37,138 nucleotides of DNA, from assembly GCF_004010195.1 (NCBI RefSeq), contig NC_057758.1:5723946-5761083 (forward strand), written 5' to 3'. This stretch comes from Chiloscyllium plagiosum. Taxonomy: Eukaryota. Position numbers and translations under genes: made by a program. Positions 23,388 through 35,839 of this stretch are shown here, one piece after another. Position 1 is the first letter of the stretch. Every line of letters starts with the position of its first letter. Below the pieces are notes generated by a model. That model had not been told where the DNA came from and did not search any database. It was given only the letters and a program-made list of their open reading frames with translations.

Positions 23388-23538
23388 GGTGAATTGGCCA
23401 TACGAAATTGCCTGTAGTGTTAGGTAAGGGGTAAATGTAGGGGTAGGGGTATGGATGGGTTGCGCTTCGGCAGGTGGTGTGGACCTGTTGGACCGAAGGG
23501 CCTGTTTCCACACTGTAATCCTATCAAAATCTAAATCT
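23388..23538 (+). mobile_element. 5'-truncated HE1-type SINE inserted in CR1 tail
   Basis: Matches 66-180 (GAATTGGCCAT..GGCCTGTTTCCACACTGTA); flanked by AGCA (23384-23387, 23539-23542); absent from copy 1. Confidence 0.85.
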
Positions 23539-26500
23539 AGCACAGATCCGGACCTTCGGCCCCCGATATATACATGCCCCCGAAACCTCCCACCCTTCAC
23601 CTTAAATTTATGTCCCCTTGTAACACTCTGTTGTACCCGGAAGAAAAGTCTCTGACTGTCTACTCTATCTATTCCCCTGATCATCTTTTAAACCTCTATC
23701 AAGTCACACCTCATCCTTCGCCGTTCCAATGAGAAAAGGCCGAGCATTCTCAAGCTATCCTCATACGACCTATTCGACATTCCACGCAACATCCTGGTAA
23801 ATTTCTTCTGCACCCTCTCCAAAGCCTCCACATCTTTCCTAAAATGAGGCGACCAGAACTGCACACAGTACTCCAAATGTGGCATTACCAAGGTCCTGTA
23901 CAGCTGCAACATCACCTCACGACTCTTGAATTCAATCCCACTGCGAATGAACGCTAATACACCATAGGCCTTCTTACAAGCTCTATCCACCTGAGTGGCA
24001 ACTTTCAAAGAGCTATGAACATAGACCCCAAGATCCCTCTGCTCCTCCACCTTACTAAGTACCCTACCGTTAACCCTGTATTCCTCAATCGTAATTGTCT
24101 TTCCAAAATGGACAACCTCACACTTGACAGGGTTGAACTCCATCTCCCACTCCTCAGCCCAGCTCTGCATCATATCTAAATCCCTTTGCAGCCGACAACA
24201 GCCCTCCTCACTATCCATAACTCCAACAATCTTCGTATCGTCTGCAAATTTACTGACCCACACTTCGACTCCCTCTTCCAAATCATTAATGAACATTACA
24301 AACAGCAGAGGACCCAAAACGGATCCCTGCGGAACTCCTTTGTAACTGGGCTCCAGGCTGAATATTTGCCTTCTACCACCACTCTCTGACTTCAACCGGT
24401 TAGCCAGTTCTCTATTCAACTGGCCAAAGTTCCCACTATCTCTTGCCTCCTGACTTTCTGCATAAGCCTACCATGGGGAACCTTATCAAATGCCTTACTA
24501 AAATCCATGTACATTACATCCACTGCTCTACCCTCATCCACATGCTTGGGCACCTCCTCAAAGAATTCAATAAGATTTGTAAGGCAAGACCTGCCCCTCA
24601 CAAATCCGTGCTGGCTGTCCCTAATCAAGCAGTGTCTTTCCAGATACTCATAAATCCTATCCCTCGGTACGCATTGCCGACCTCGGAAGTAAGACCAACT
24701 GGCCTGTAATTCCTGGGGTTATCTATATTCCCTTTTTTGAACAGGGGCACAACATTCGCCACTCTCCAGTCGTCTGGTACCACCCCCGTTGACAGTGAAG
24801 ACGAAAGATCATTGCCAACGCTCTGCAATTTCGTCTCTTGCTTCCCACATAATACTAGGATATATCCCGTCAGGCCCGGGGGACTTGTCTGTCCTAATGT
24901 TTTTTAAAATGCCCAACACATCTTCCTTCCTAACAAGTATCTCCTCTAGCTTACCAATCTGTTTCATACTCTCCTCTTCAACAATACGGTCCCTCTTATT
25001 TGTTAATACTGAAGAAAAGTACTCATTCAAGACCTCTCCTATCTCTTCCGACTCAATACGTAGTCTCCCACTACTGTCCTTGATCGGACCTTCCCTCGTT
25101 CTCGTCATTCTCATGTTTTTCACATTCGCATAAAAGGCTTTGGGGTTATCCTTGATCCTACCCGCCAAATATTTTTCATGCCCTCTCTTAGCTCTCCTAA
25201 TCCCTTTCTTCAGCTCCCTCCTGGCTATCCTGTATCCCTCCCACGCTCTGTCTGAACCTTGTTTCCTCAACCTTATGTCAACCTCCTTCTTCCTCTTTAC
25301 AAGACATTCAACCTCCCTGGTCAACCAAGGTTCCCTCACACGACCATCTCTTTCCTGCCTGACAGGTACATACATATCAAGGACACGTCGTATCTGTTCC
25401 TTGAAAACGTTCCAGATTTCAATGACATCCTTTCCTGACAGCCTCTGCTCCCAACTTATGCTCCTCAGATCTTGTCTTGCAGCATCGTATTCCTCAATTG
25501 AAAAACCTACCCTGTTGCACGCACCTATCTCTCCCCATAACCAAGGCGAAAGTCACAGAATTGTGATTACCATCAACAAAATGCCCACTAACAACCCCAT
25601 CACTTGTCCCGATTCGTTACCAAGTACCAAATCTAATATGGCCTCCCCTCTGGTTGGACAATGTACATACTGAGTTAGAAAAGCTTCCTGGACACACTGC
25701 ACAGACACCGCCCCCTCCAATCTGCTCGATCTAAAGAGCTTCCAATCAATATTTGGGAAGTTGAAATCGCCCATGACTCCTACCCTGTGGCTTCTGCACC
25801 TTTCCAAAATCTGTTTCCCAATCTGTTTCTCCACATCTCTGCTGCTATTGGGGGGCCTATAGTAAACACCCAACAAGATGACTGCACCTTTCCTATTTCT
25901 GACTTCAACCCATACTACCTCNNNNNNNNNNNNNNNNNNNNNNNNNNNNNNNNNNNNNNNNNNNNNNNNNNNNNNNNNNNNNNNNNNNNNNNNNNNNNNN
26001 NNNNNNNNNNNNNNNNNNNNNNNNNNNNNNNNNNNNNNNNNNNNNNNNNNNNNNNNNNNNNNNNNNNNNNNNNNNNNNNNNNNNNNNNNNNNNNNNNNNN
26101 NNNNNNNNNNNNNNNNNNNNNNNNNNNNNNNNNNNNNNNNNNNNNNNNNNNNNNNNNNNNNNNNNNNNNNNNNNNNNNNNNNNNNNNNNNNNNNNNNNNN
26201 NNNNNNNNNNNNNNNNNNNNNNNNNNNNNNNNNNNNNNNNNNNNNNNNNNNNNNNNNNNNNNNNNNNNNNNNNNNNNNNNNNNNNNNNNNNNNNNNNNNN
26301 NNNNNNNNNNNNNNNNNNNNNNNNNNNNNNNNNNNNNNNNNNNNNNNNNNNNNNNNNNNNNNNNNNNNNNNNNNNNNNNNNNNNNNNNNNNNNNNNNNNN
26401 NNNNNNNNNNNNNNNNNNNNNNNNNNNNNNNNNNNNNNNNNNNNNNNNNNNNNNNNNNNNNNNNNNNNNNNNNNNNNNNNNNNNNGAGGCAACAAACCAT

Positions 26501-27047
26501 CCGAGAGTCTCGCCCATGTGCACAGAACCGCCTGTCTGTCCCTCTAACTATAGAGTCTCCTATAAGTAGCGTTCTCCTCCTCTCCCCCTTTCCCTTCTGA
26601 GCCTCAGAGCCGGACCTCATGCCGGGGACCCGGTCACTGCAGCTTACTCCTGCTCGGCCATCCCGCCCAACAGTATCCAAAGCAGTATACTTATTGTTGA
26701 GGGGAACGACCACAGGGGATCCCTGCACTGCCTGCTTCCTCCCCTTCTCACCTCTAACTGTTACCCAGCTACTTCTGTTCTCTGGCGTAACTATGTCCCT
26801 GTAGCTTCTATCTATCACCATGTCAGCCTCTCGAATAATCATCAGTTCACGCAACTCCAGCTCCAGTTCCCTAAAGCGGTCTGTGAGGAACTTGAGCTGG
26901 CCGCACTTCCTGCAGATGAAGTCAGCAGGAGCATCGGTAGTCACCCCTACCTCAAACATCCTGCAGGAGGAACATTCCACTCCCTGCGCTGCCATAACTC
27001 TACACTTAGTCTCTACAAGTGTAGTGTCTCGCGTTCCTTCTCGACTC

Positions 27048-27346
27048 AAATAACAATCACTTACCTTCCCAACCAGCTCTGCGCTCCGACTTCACTTCCG
27101 CCAAGCTCCCACCGCTCTCTGCTGCAAAAAGACCGTTGGCATCGAGGTAAGTTCTTAAATAACAATCACTGACCTTCCCAACCAGCTCTGCGCTCCGACT
27201 TCACTTCCGCCAAGCTCCCGCCGCTCTCTGCTGCAAAAAGACCGTTGGCGTCAAGGTAAGTTCTTAAATAACAATCACTGACCTTCCCAACCAGCACTGC
27301 GCTCCGACTTAGCTTCCACCCAGCTCCTGCCGCTCTCTGCTGCAAA
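27048..27346 (-). repeat. 109-bp tandem monomers at CR1 5' end (~2.7 copies)
   Basis: AAATAACAATCACT at 27048, 27157 and 27266. Confidence 0.9.
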
Positions 27347-27453
27347 ACAAAAATAGTTTGTGAACTAACCACACATCTTCAAATATTACTAAGGCACTTA
27401 ATATTTCTACTAATAGAAAACTATAAAATAAGCATGGTGACTCTGTTTACCAG

Positions 27454-27593
27454 AATTATTCGTCCATCAGCTGTTTCTCAGCCATTCTTCCAGTGCTGCT
27501 GTGTTTACATCACTTCTGCATCTTCCTGGACGGCCCATCTCCATTATTGGTATGACTGCAGTTGCTATCAGTAAAAGATGTCATGCAATTTGA
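27454..27593 (+). pseudogene. Candidate TM/short-tail exon, gene B (copy 2)
   Basis: ctgtttaccag|(E)LFVHQLFLSHSSSAAVFTSLLHLPGRPISIIGMTAVAISKRCHAI*. Confidence 0.42.
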
Positions 27594-28084
27594 ATACGTT
27601 CACCGTTATACTTACCCATGTGTTATGGACTAGGCAAGAAGCCCTCAAAATATTTTACAACCTGGACCATCAACTTTTCCAGTTCATTTAAGCAGATGTA
27701 GCGTGGATATTCTAGGAGAAATGCAGCTGGACCATCCGCTTCATTTGGAAGAAAAGTGAATGTATTTGCAAGATTATCACATGGCAGACAATCAAAGCAG
27801 AACAGAATGGGGAATGCCTGATCGGATCTGAAAACCCAACAGATTATCCCAACTTAATGAAGCTGGTCCAACTACCTGCACCAATCCCTTTGAACACGCC
27901 TTTACAAAAAAAAAGAAAGAAGAATCAAAGACAGGTGTCTTTTTCAGGAGTGATGTCAGACACAGGGAGGATCAGCATGGATCTGCCTCTTTGGGACCAG
28001 CAGCTTCATAACTGTCTGCTTGAAAAAAAAACATCACGGGAGACCAACTGAGTTGGGAGAACTGACCACTCCTCTTTCATTGGG

Positions 28085-29850
28085 CAAGTGTACTCCTTCA
28101 ACTTGAATGCCTTTTATCTGGGGCAGTTTCGGTTAGCTATAAACAAGTTGGCCCTTAAATACTTTAAACCGAGACACCCGGGAACCAGTGTATTTACTAC
28201 CTCTCTGAGAAAAGACAAGGAAAATATAACCTTGTTAAAGAATGGCACCATCACACATGTCTTAGCCCACTGAATTCTAATATTCCGGGATTCTGACATG
28301 TCAATTATTTTAGTCAAGAATCCTCTCCCTATTCCACAAAGTATTTTTCCGACTTCCAACACTCTACCTGTACTTGGACTGCTCCCTCTGACCTTTCATC
28401 TGTAGTCGACCTCTTCATTGCAATCTTTTAACTGCACATTCGTCGCCTCAGGTTGCCTGTTCCCTGTTCTCGATTCTCGACTATCTCCCTCTTAACTGAC
28501 TGCATTTCGTGCTCTCAGATCCAACCCTACTATTTTCTTAAGATTGTCACTAGGCGTGGTGCGGTTACTGCCTGGCCTGCTGAACAAACATGACAGACGC
28601 TCGATGTTAGCTTTTGGATAGTGTCTGCCTTCTCCAACTGGACAGTGACTCCAACATGGAACATCAGACCATAATGTCGACAATGGTCATTAAACATATT
28701 TCATCCTGTGTTCTCCTGTTCACTGCTTCCACGCTCTTAGTCTCCAACCTCGCTAAAGCGCGCATTTGCCTCCATCCTAAAATTCACAAACTCTTCTGCA
28801 CATCTGTGTTTTCTGTCCACTCTTGCTCCGCAGAGCACGTCTGTTCCAAAATCGATTCAATGTTTTTCTCCTCTTCATCGGTTCATTCTGACGTACATCC
28901 ACCAGTCCTCTGTCGCTTTCCTCCAGTTTCACAACTTCCAGTTCTCGGGCTCCTCCCAGCTTCTCTTCACAATGGGACATGCAATGCCGAATGATCACCA
29001 CCACATGATTGTGTTCTGAAGGCGTACCACACTTTATTGAACAAAATGTTCCATCCACCACGGCACCGCTCTGCCTGGCCCACCTTGGCTTCACCCTGAA
29101 GAGCTGCTCTTTCGGTCCCCTTACCTTCTTCAGATCGACGAGGTCTGGAAGCCATTGTTCAGGCATGGTTCCAAGTGCAGCCTTCCTCTTTGTGAGGTAC
29201 ATGGGACATTCCTTATTGCGGTCCGACTATGGTCCCCACCCACAAATCTATCTGTGAGGTATCAACGACATTATCAGTACTGCTTCTCTCTCTCATTGGG
29301 AATTGTAAAAGTTTACCTAATTTGCTTCCAATTTCTACCCTCTCTTACTTTCAGGTGCTCCACCATTGACCTGGTCGGTTCCCTTCGTTGAAATTTATAT
29401 TTAAATTTATAACGACAGATTGTTTACTAACAGACAGTATAAGCCCACTGATATGCAGTTACCTTCACTGTGTATCCTCACTCACTGTGTTCTATAAATA
29501 CGCTATTCCATTCTCAATTTCCTCCATCTCTGTTGCATCATTTCTGATGATGCCTCCTTCGACAAGAAGGCCTTACGGAGTGTGCATATTTATCCTCAAC
29601 CTAGAATTCCTCAGCACTGCAGCTGGGGTCCAGATCTGACTTTCTCTCACTTCAAGCTGATCACCTTTCTCCTTGCCCCACAGGATCGATAGGGTCCGCC
29701 TTGTCCTCACTCACCAGCATCAGCGTCAAGAGGCGCATTCACCGCCGTTTGCGCCACGTGAGCGGGTTGTCACCACGAGTTACATGTTCCCCTCCCGTCC
29801 CTTGTTAGCCTTCCGCAAGGAAGATTGCATCCGCGGCGCACTGATCTACT
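28085..29850 (+). mobile_element. Old Penelope-like fragment (paralog of 4120-5500, retains ~370 bp more)
   Basis: Includes extra RT-core segment 29238-29606 (RYQRH at YIDD position, AIPFS). Confidence 0.75.
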
Positions 29851-30295
29851 CCGTGATTGTCATTTTGTCCTTTTATTTAAAAGAGAGCTCGTGAAGGCAG
29901 AGGTGCCGCTGAGACTAGGAAAAGCCTGGTTTAACATTGGTAGTGGAAGGGTCATTTTTTTCCAATTCAAGTTAGTTCTTGTTTGGTTCAGTTGTGACAG
30001 TTACACGATTCGATACACATCTTTACAAACAAGCACCCATTAAAGTGTCCAAAGGTTTTGGTTCTGAGCATGATTTCTTGACCAGGACAGAGTGAGAATG
30101 AAAAGGGTTAAGCGAACAAACTCGAAACTGCTGCAGAGCTGTTCCAACAAACCTCTGTCTCTCACGTGTTCTGTTCTCCAGTCTCCATCCAGACATCGTA
30201 TTCAATTATTTTCATCTGTCTTTTGTGTGTCTCTGCCCGTCATTCCATAAATGGCAGGATCAGTCCTGATCATGTCGAAGTTTCAAGAAGGTGCA

Positions 30296-30330
30296 ATGGA
30301 CCAAGTTAGCTATTTCGGCTGTTGATGTTT
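30296..30330 (+). pseudogene. Candidate leader exon, gene A (copy 2)
   Basis: ATG at 30296, donor gtaagt at 30331. Confidence 0.33.
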
Positions 30331-30647
30331 GTAAGTGTTCGTGTATGGATGTGTGTGAGCGTATGTATTTGTGCATGTGTGTTTATGGATGTGTGTTTGC
30401 GTGTATGCGTGTGTATCTGTTTGTGTCTGGGTGTGGGTGTGTGAGTGCTTGTGTGTGTGGTGATTCTATTGACAAGTGCGGGTGTGTGTGCTTGTGTATG
30501 TATATGTATATGTAGGAGGTCTGCCTGGGTAAGTCTGTGCGTGCGTAAGTGTGTATGTTTTTGTGTTTGCGGATGCATGTGTGTGCAGGGTATGTATGCG
30601 TAAGCCCGACCATGTGTTTACCTGTGATTGTGTGAGAGCACGTGCAT

Positions 30648-30649
<2 letters not shown>

Positions 30650-30713
<64 letters not shown>
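30650..30713 (+). repeat. Perfect (TG)n microsatellite, ~32 units
   Basis: Uninterrupted TG run, much longer than the paralogous site near 6300. Confidence 0.95.
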
Positions 30714-30716
<3 letters not shown>

Positions 30717-30753
30717 GTTTCCACTCTCTAAGTCCCTTTTTTAATCTTGCCAG

Positions 30754-31051
30754 TTTCAGGCTGAGCAATTGTTCAGGTTCGTTGGGTCGATTGGCCTAAT
30801 CCAACTGAGAATTGCCATTTCAAATAAATAGCAATGAACTGAAACAGTTCCAGGAGTCCAAGGACGACGAAGAATATTAGCGTCATGTTCTTGTTGGGTC
30901 CTCCGAGACTGGACAGCACAAAGGGTAAAATGAATCAGACACCAATTGTAATCCCAGGTCCACGGGTATGATCTCCAAAAGTACCACAGCAAAGGTCAAG
31001 TGAGAAGTGGAGCCCTCCATCCTGGTACCAGGATGAGAGCAATAATAAATG
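30754..31051 (+). pseudogene. Degenerate Ig V(J)-type exon, gene A (copy 2)
   Basis: VSG*AIVQ...NCHFK*IAMN*; shifted QVHGYDLQKYHSKGQVRSGALHPGTRMRAIIN-G (DxxxYxC with TGC>AGC; GTR G-strand-like). Confidence 0.5.
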
Positions 31052-31239
31052 GACTGATCGTTGAGCTAAGAATCCGAAGTCTCTCACCCAGTTTCTCTCA
31101 TTCTGTCTTGTACCATCTTCCCATTCTATCACTTTATGTATCTTCTTCTCTCTCTTCTCTTCCCTTCTATCTTTCTCTGATCTTCTGTTTCCCTCTTTAA
31201 TTGGTCATTCACTCTGCCTTTCTCTCTGTCTGTCACTAT

Positions 31240-32970
31240 TTGTGTGCTGGAGATGCTGGACATCAGAATTCAGTGAGCATTGCTGGAAAAGCACAGCAGG
31301 TAAGGCATTACCCGGGGAACAGGGAAATCGACGTTTCAGCTCGGAGCCCTCAGGAATGAGACTGGGAGCCTCGGGGGTGCAGAGATAAGTGAGAACGAGT
31401 TGGAGCTGAGGGGAAGGTGGCTGAGAGTGCAATAGTTGGATGGAGGAGGGGGTAAAGTTGATAGATCGGAGACAAAGGTGGTACGGATGGGTGTGAAGGA
31501 AGATTGACATGTGGGACAGGTCACGAGGGCTTTGCTGAGCTGGACGTTTGGAACTGGGGTAAGGTGGTGAGCAGGGAAAGTGAGGAAACAGGTGAATTCC
31601 ACATTGATGCTCTCGGTTTTAATGGGCCAGAGGCAGAATATAAGGTGTGCTTCTTCCAGGTGTCGGATGGTGAGGGAGTGGCGATGGAAGAGGCCCAGGA
31701 CCTGCATATCCTCGGCGGAGTGGGACAGGGCGTTGAGATGTTCGGCCACAGGGTAGTGGGTTTGATTGGTGCAGGTGTCCCAGAGATGTTCTCTAAAGCA
31801 CTCTGGGAGAAGGCGCCCGGTCTTGCCAATGTAGAGGAGACTGCAACGGGAGCAACAGATACATAAAATGACATGTGGAACTGCAGGTAAAACTTTGATG
31901 GAGTTGGAAGTCTCCTCTGGGGCCTTGATCGGAGCTAAGGAGGGTGGTGTGGGAGGAGGGGTTGCAATTCCTGAAGTAGCAGGAGAATGTGCCAGGAGTG
32001 GAGTTTAGCTTATTCGAGAACATGGACCTGACAAGGCCGTCCCGGAGGGAACGGTCTTTGCGGAATGCAGATAGCGGTAGGGAGGGAAATATATCTCTGG
32101 TGGTGAGGTCTATTTGTATGTGGCGCAAATTTCGGTGGATGATGCGAATTATTCGGATGTTGGTGGAGTGCAAGTGAAGACCGGGGGTGTTCTGTCGTTG
32201 TTGCGGTTGAAGGGGTGGGCGTCGAGATCATAGGTACGGTTGGTGGATGAGATGCTGTGGAAGGCATCTTCAAACACATGGTAGGTGAAATATGAGCCTT
32301 CAAGGGATGAGGTCATCTTTTGTGTACTGTGGTGGACCTGGTCCTGCTGGGAGCAGATGCGGCAGAGATGGAGGAATTGGAAATACCACATAGCATTCTT
32401 GAAAGACGTAGAGTGGGATGAGGTGTAATCCAGGAACCTATGGGTGTCGGTGTGTTTGTAAAAACTGTCAGTGTTGAGTGCGCCCTCGCGAATGGAGGCA
32501 GAGGGGTCTGAGAAGGGGAAGCAGGTGTCAGAGATAGTCCAGGTGAACTTAAGGTCGGGGTAGAACGTGTTGATGAAGTGGATGATCTGTTCGACCTCCT
32601 CACGGTAGCACGTGATGGCGCCAATGGAGTCATCAATGTCGCAGTGGAAGAGGTGGGGAGTGTTGCCAGTGTAACTCCGGAAGATGGGCTTTTCTACGCA
32701 GCTGACGAAGAGACAGGCATATGGGGCCCATGCTGGTGCAGAGGGCTACCCCTTTCATCTGGACGAAATGGGAGGATTGGAAGGAGAAATGGTTGAGTGT
32801 GAGGACCAATTCAGCCAAACGAATGAGTTTGTCAGTGAAGGCTTGGAGGCCCTAGTCATGGCGGTTAGAGGTTTCGTGGGACATCAGTCCATGGTGAAGA
32901 TGAGGCGTTGGGGGCGGAGAAATGGAAGGCTTGGAGGAGGTAGAGGGCGTGTGTTATGTCCCTCACGTGT
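31240..32970 (-). mobile_element. Penelope-like element (paralog of 6880-8645)
   Basis: Same RT and GIY-YIG peptides (LNHFSFQSSHFVQMKGVA; AEHLN). Confidence 0.92.
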
Positions 32971-33245
32971 GTGGGAATTTCATACTTTTTGTTTCATTCC
33001 CTGATTCTCCTCGTCTGTCCCACCTTCTCTCTCCATCTCTCTTTCTCTGCTACTCACACAGTGTGTCTTGAGCTCAACGTCTGTCTCTGTCTGAAAGTCT
33101 GTATGTCTTACTCTATATGCCAGTCTACCTCTTTCAGTTAGTCTTCTGCTCGGTTTCTCTCACTCTGTTTCTGTCTGCCTTGGATCGCCATCCATCCGAA
33201 TTCATTTCAGGCTCTTATCATACTGATTTTGAAATTTGATTCCAG

Positions 33246-33650
33246 ATTCTCCATCGCTGGTCGTTTCTCCAATACTTTTTCAATCCCGCTTGTAAACCTT
33301 CTTGACTCAGACACTTGAATGAAATACCCTTCTTAACCTTGTTTGCTTGAAGATGAACAGGTCCTGTCTCAAGTCTCTTCTTGCACAGTGCTATTCAGCA
33401 TTGGGGTCCTGCAATAAGCGCTTCTGCACAAGATCATTCCGAAGACTCTGGAACTGAGTTGTTCCGAACTGAATACGTTTGCAAGAAGATGAGCGAGCTC
33501 TACTTTCTCGGATTAAGGAACTGGAAATACTGATTCTGCGATCGGGTTTCAGAACAGTACAATGCCAAGTGAGATGTGGTGCTGACATGCAATGACTCTC
33601 CTCACGATACCTGCATAGTGTTTACTCACCGCTGTCCCACTTTGACAAAG
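33246..33650 (+). pseudogene. Degenerate Ig C1-like exon, gene A (copy 2); 3' end approximate
   Basis: DSPSLVVSPILFQS...LNLVCL; shifted HW..EYVCKKMSELYF..NW; VQCQVR. Confidence 0.47.
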
Positions 33651-34803
33651 GGCTGATTGTGTAACCTCTCTGGACTTTGGTTGACGCCGTATGAAGATAG
33701 AGAAGGAAGAGCATCATTAGTTTGAGTATGTCCCACGAATTTGAGTGCCTTCCTTATTCATTAACATTTCATACAACTGGCTATGCTCCATCTTACTGCC
33801 TTGGCACTTCAAAATCTGCATCTGAATTTCAGTGGTTGAAACTGCTGATCATGATAGCCATTCCTACACAGGACCCCAGGCAGATGTCTATACAAAGATT
33901 TGGGAAATGCATGTGTTCCTTGCGGAAAAAGGAACACAGAATCAGAAGTCGATCATTCAGCCGATCAAGATTGCTCAGCCATTCAATGTGTCGTGGTTCA
34001 TCTGATCATTCTTGCTTCCAGTTTCTGCTTCTACCCGTTAACCCACGATTCACTTCCTGATTAAACATCTGTCTCTGCATCTCAGCCTTGAATATACTGA
34101 CTGACCCAGACTCGACTCCTCCATGTGGTAAACAATTCCACAGATTCACGCCCCTGGGAGCACAGCTCCTCCAACAGTCTTGTACTCCATTAACATTGCC
34201 CCCCCCCCCCCCACCTCCCAAGATAGTGCTCACTCCTTCAACACTGAACCTCCGAATGTCCGGTACTCCCTCAGTACTTACTTTCTGACAGTGTGCCATT
34301 CTTTCAGCCCTGATCCTGTGACAGGGTCCACTCTTTCAGCAATGATCCTCCGACTGTGGAGCTCCCTCAGCCTTAATCCTCTGACATGACTGCACTTCTT
34401 CAGCACTGAACCTCCGATAGTGCGAAGATCCGTCAGCACTGACCCTCCACAGTGCAGAGCTCCCTCAGGATGGACCGTCTGACAGTGTGTTACTCTCTCG
34501 GAACTGACCTTTTTCCAGGGTGGCACTGTTGTAACACTGCCTTTCCGACAATGGAACTCCCTCAGCGCTGACACTCCAGCAATGCAACACTCCCTCAACA
34601 CAAACCCTCTGGCAGAGCCCACTCTCTCAACAATGACCTTCTAACAATGCCCACATTCTCAGGGCTGACCATGCAATAGTGCTTCCTTCGTCAACACTAA
34701 GTCTCTGACAGGTCAGGTCTGACCCTCTGACAGAGTCTACTTCGTTAACACCGACCATGTGAGTCTTTTCTCCCTGGCACTCTGACAATGCCATTTTCTT
34801 TAG

Positions 34804-34930
34804 TACTGAATGTTCAACGGTGCGAAGGGATGCGGACACACCGTCCCTCTGATGGGACACGATATCTCTCGACATCGTGATGAGTGTGTCCTTCGAGTTT
34901 TGGCTGGTTAGACGAAGCAATGCTGTTGCT
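34804..34930 (+). pseudogene. Possible degenerate TM exon, gene A (copy 2)
   Basis: TECSTV..ISLDIVMSVSFEFWLVRRS after acceptor cattttctttag. Confidence 0.22.
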
Positions 34931-35839
34931 TGGCTCTGGAAGTTTGGCACTGAGCGATAACACGGTCATTGTAACGGAAAACGAGAAACAAGATATCAAC
35001 GAGGCATTTCTACTTCCTAATTGCCCCTCCACACCACCACTGTCCAGCCCCACCCCAAACGCTCCCCGTAATGGTGAGAACACCCTGATTCCAGTTACAA
35101 ATACGAGTCAGACAAGATGCAGTGATCAATACATCGTGCTTTACTTTAATCTTTTCGGACACAGTGGATGATAATGCTATCGATTCGATGGAATGGAGCA
35201 GAACCCGAATCATAGATTTGGCAGCCTGCATCAGTCGGATCTCAGTCATGCCTCGCTCGGTGACACACTCTGTTTTCTCTTACTCAGTTTTTCAAACAGT
35301 AGAACATGCCGGAGACGCATAACCCTTTCGGCGTAGTCTCACTTCCGCTACAATAGGCATGCTTGCAAGTTGCTCCGAACTTTTACATCCATTGGAGAAA
35401 CCTGGAAAATAGAGAATATTATTATTATGATTCATTGTTATAAACAGTCTGTGCTCAAAATAGGCCGAAGCAAGGATACATCGAAGAGAACAGTGCAGTG
35501 TTGTCATATAGAGGAATATTGAAAGCGGAATTATCCAGCGTGCTCCACGTGTGCACCAACGGAAGGACGTAGAGAAGAGAACTCTGCAGTAACCTCTGAC
35601 AGAGGATCATGGAGATCCAGGACTGCACACAGAGATCCAAGTATGATCTAGCCGAGCGATATGGAGACCAGAAATTTTCATCGTGCTTAATTTTTTATGT
35701 AAGTGAGGGATATGGTGAGCAGAACTACATGCTGAGTTCCCAAAGTGTTCTCAATATGTGGTATGCAGATCAGAACTCTGTACAGGGCTCCAAATCTTTT
35801 GGACTGAGGGAAACCGAAACTGGATTTGTGCTCGATTGT

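Larger units (their letters stand above)
23360..27346 (-). mobile_element. CR1 (HER1-like) LINE, near full length, frameshifted, spans gap
   Basis: ORF1 CSSC..CRKC, GDSIVRG; APE MGDFNFPNIDW; RT KSPGPDG, NYRPV, QHGF, DFSKAFD, GVPQGSVLGP, FADD; (ATGTTCT)n tail. Confidence 0.96.

Noticed and set aside
23688..24419. Intact reverse transcriptase gene
   Set aside because: Fragment of CR1 ORF2 broken by frameshifts into several pieces; not an active element or host gene.
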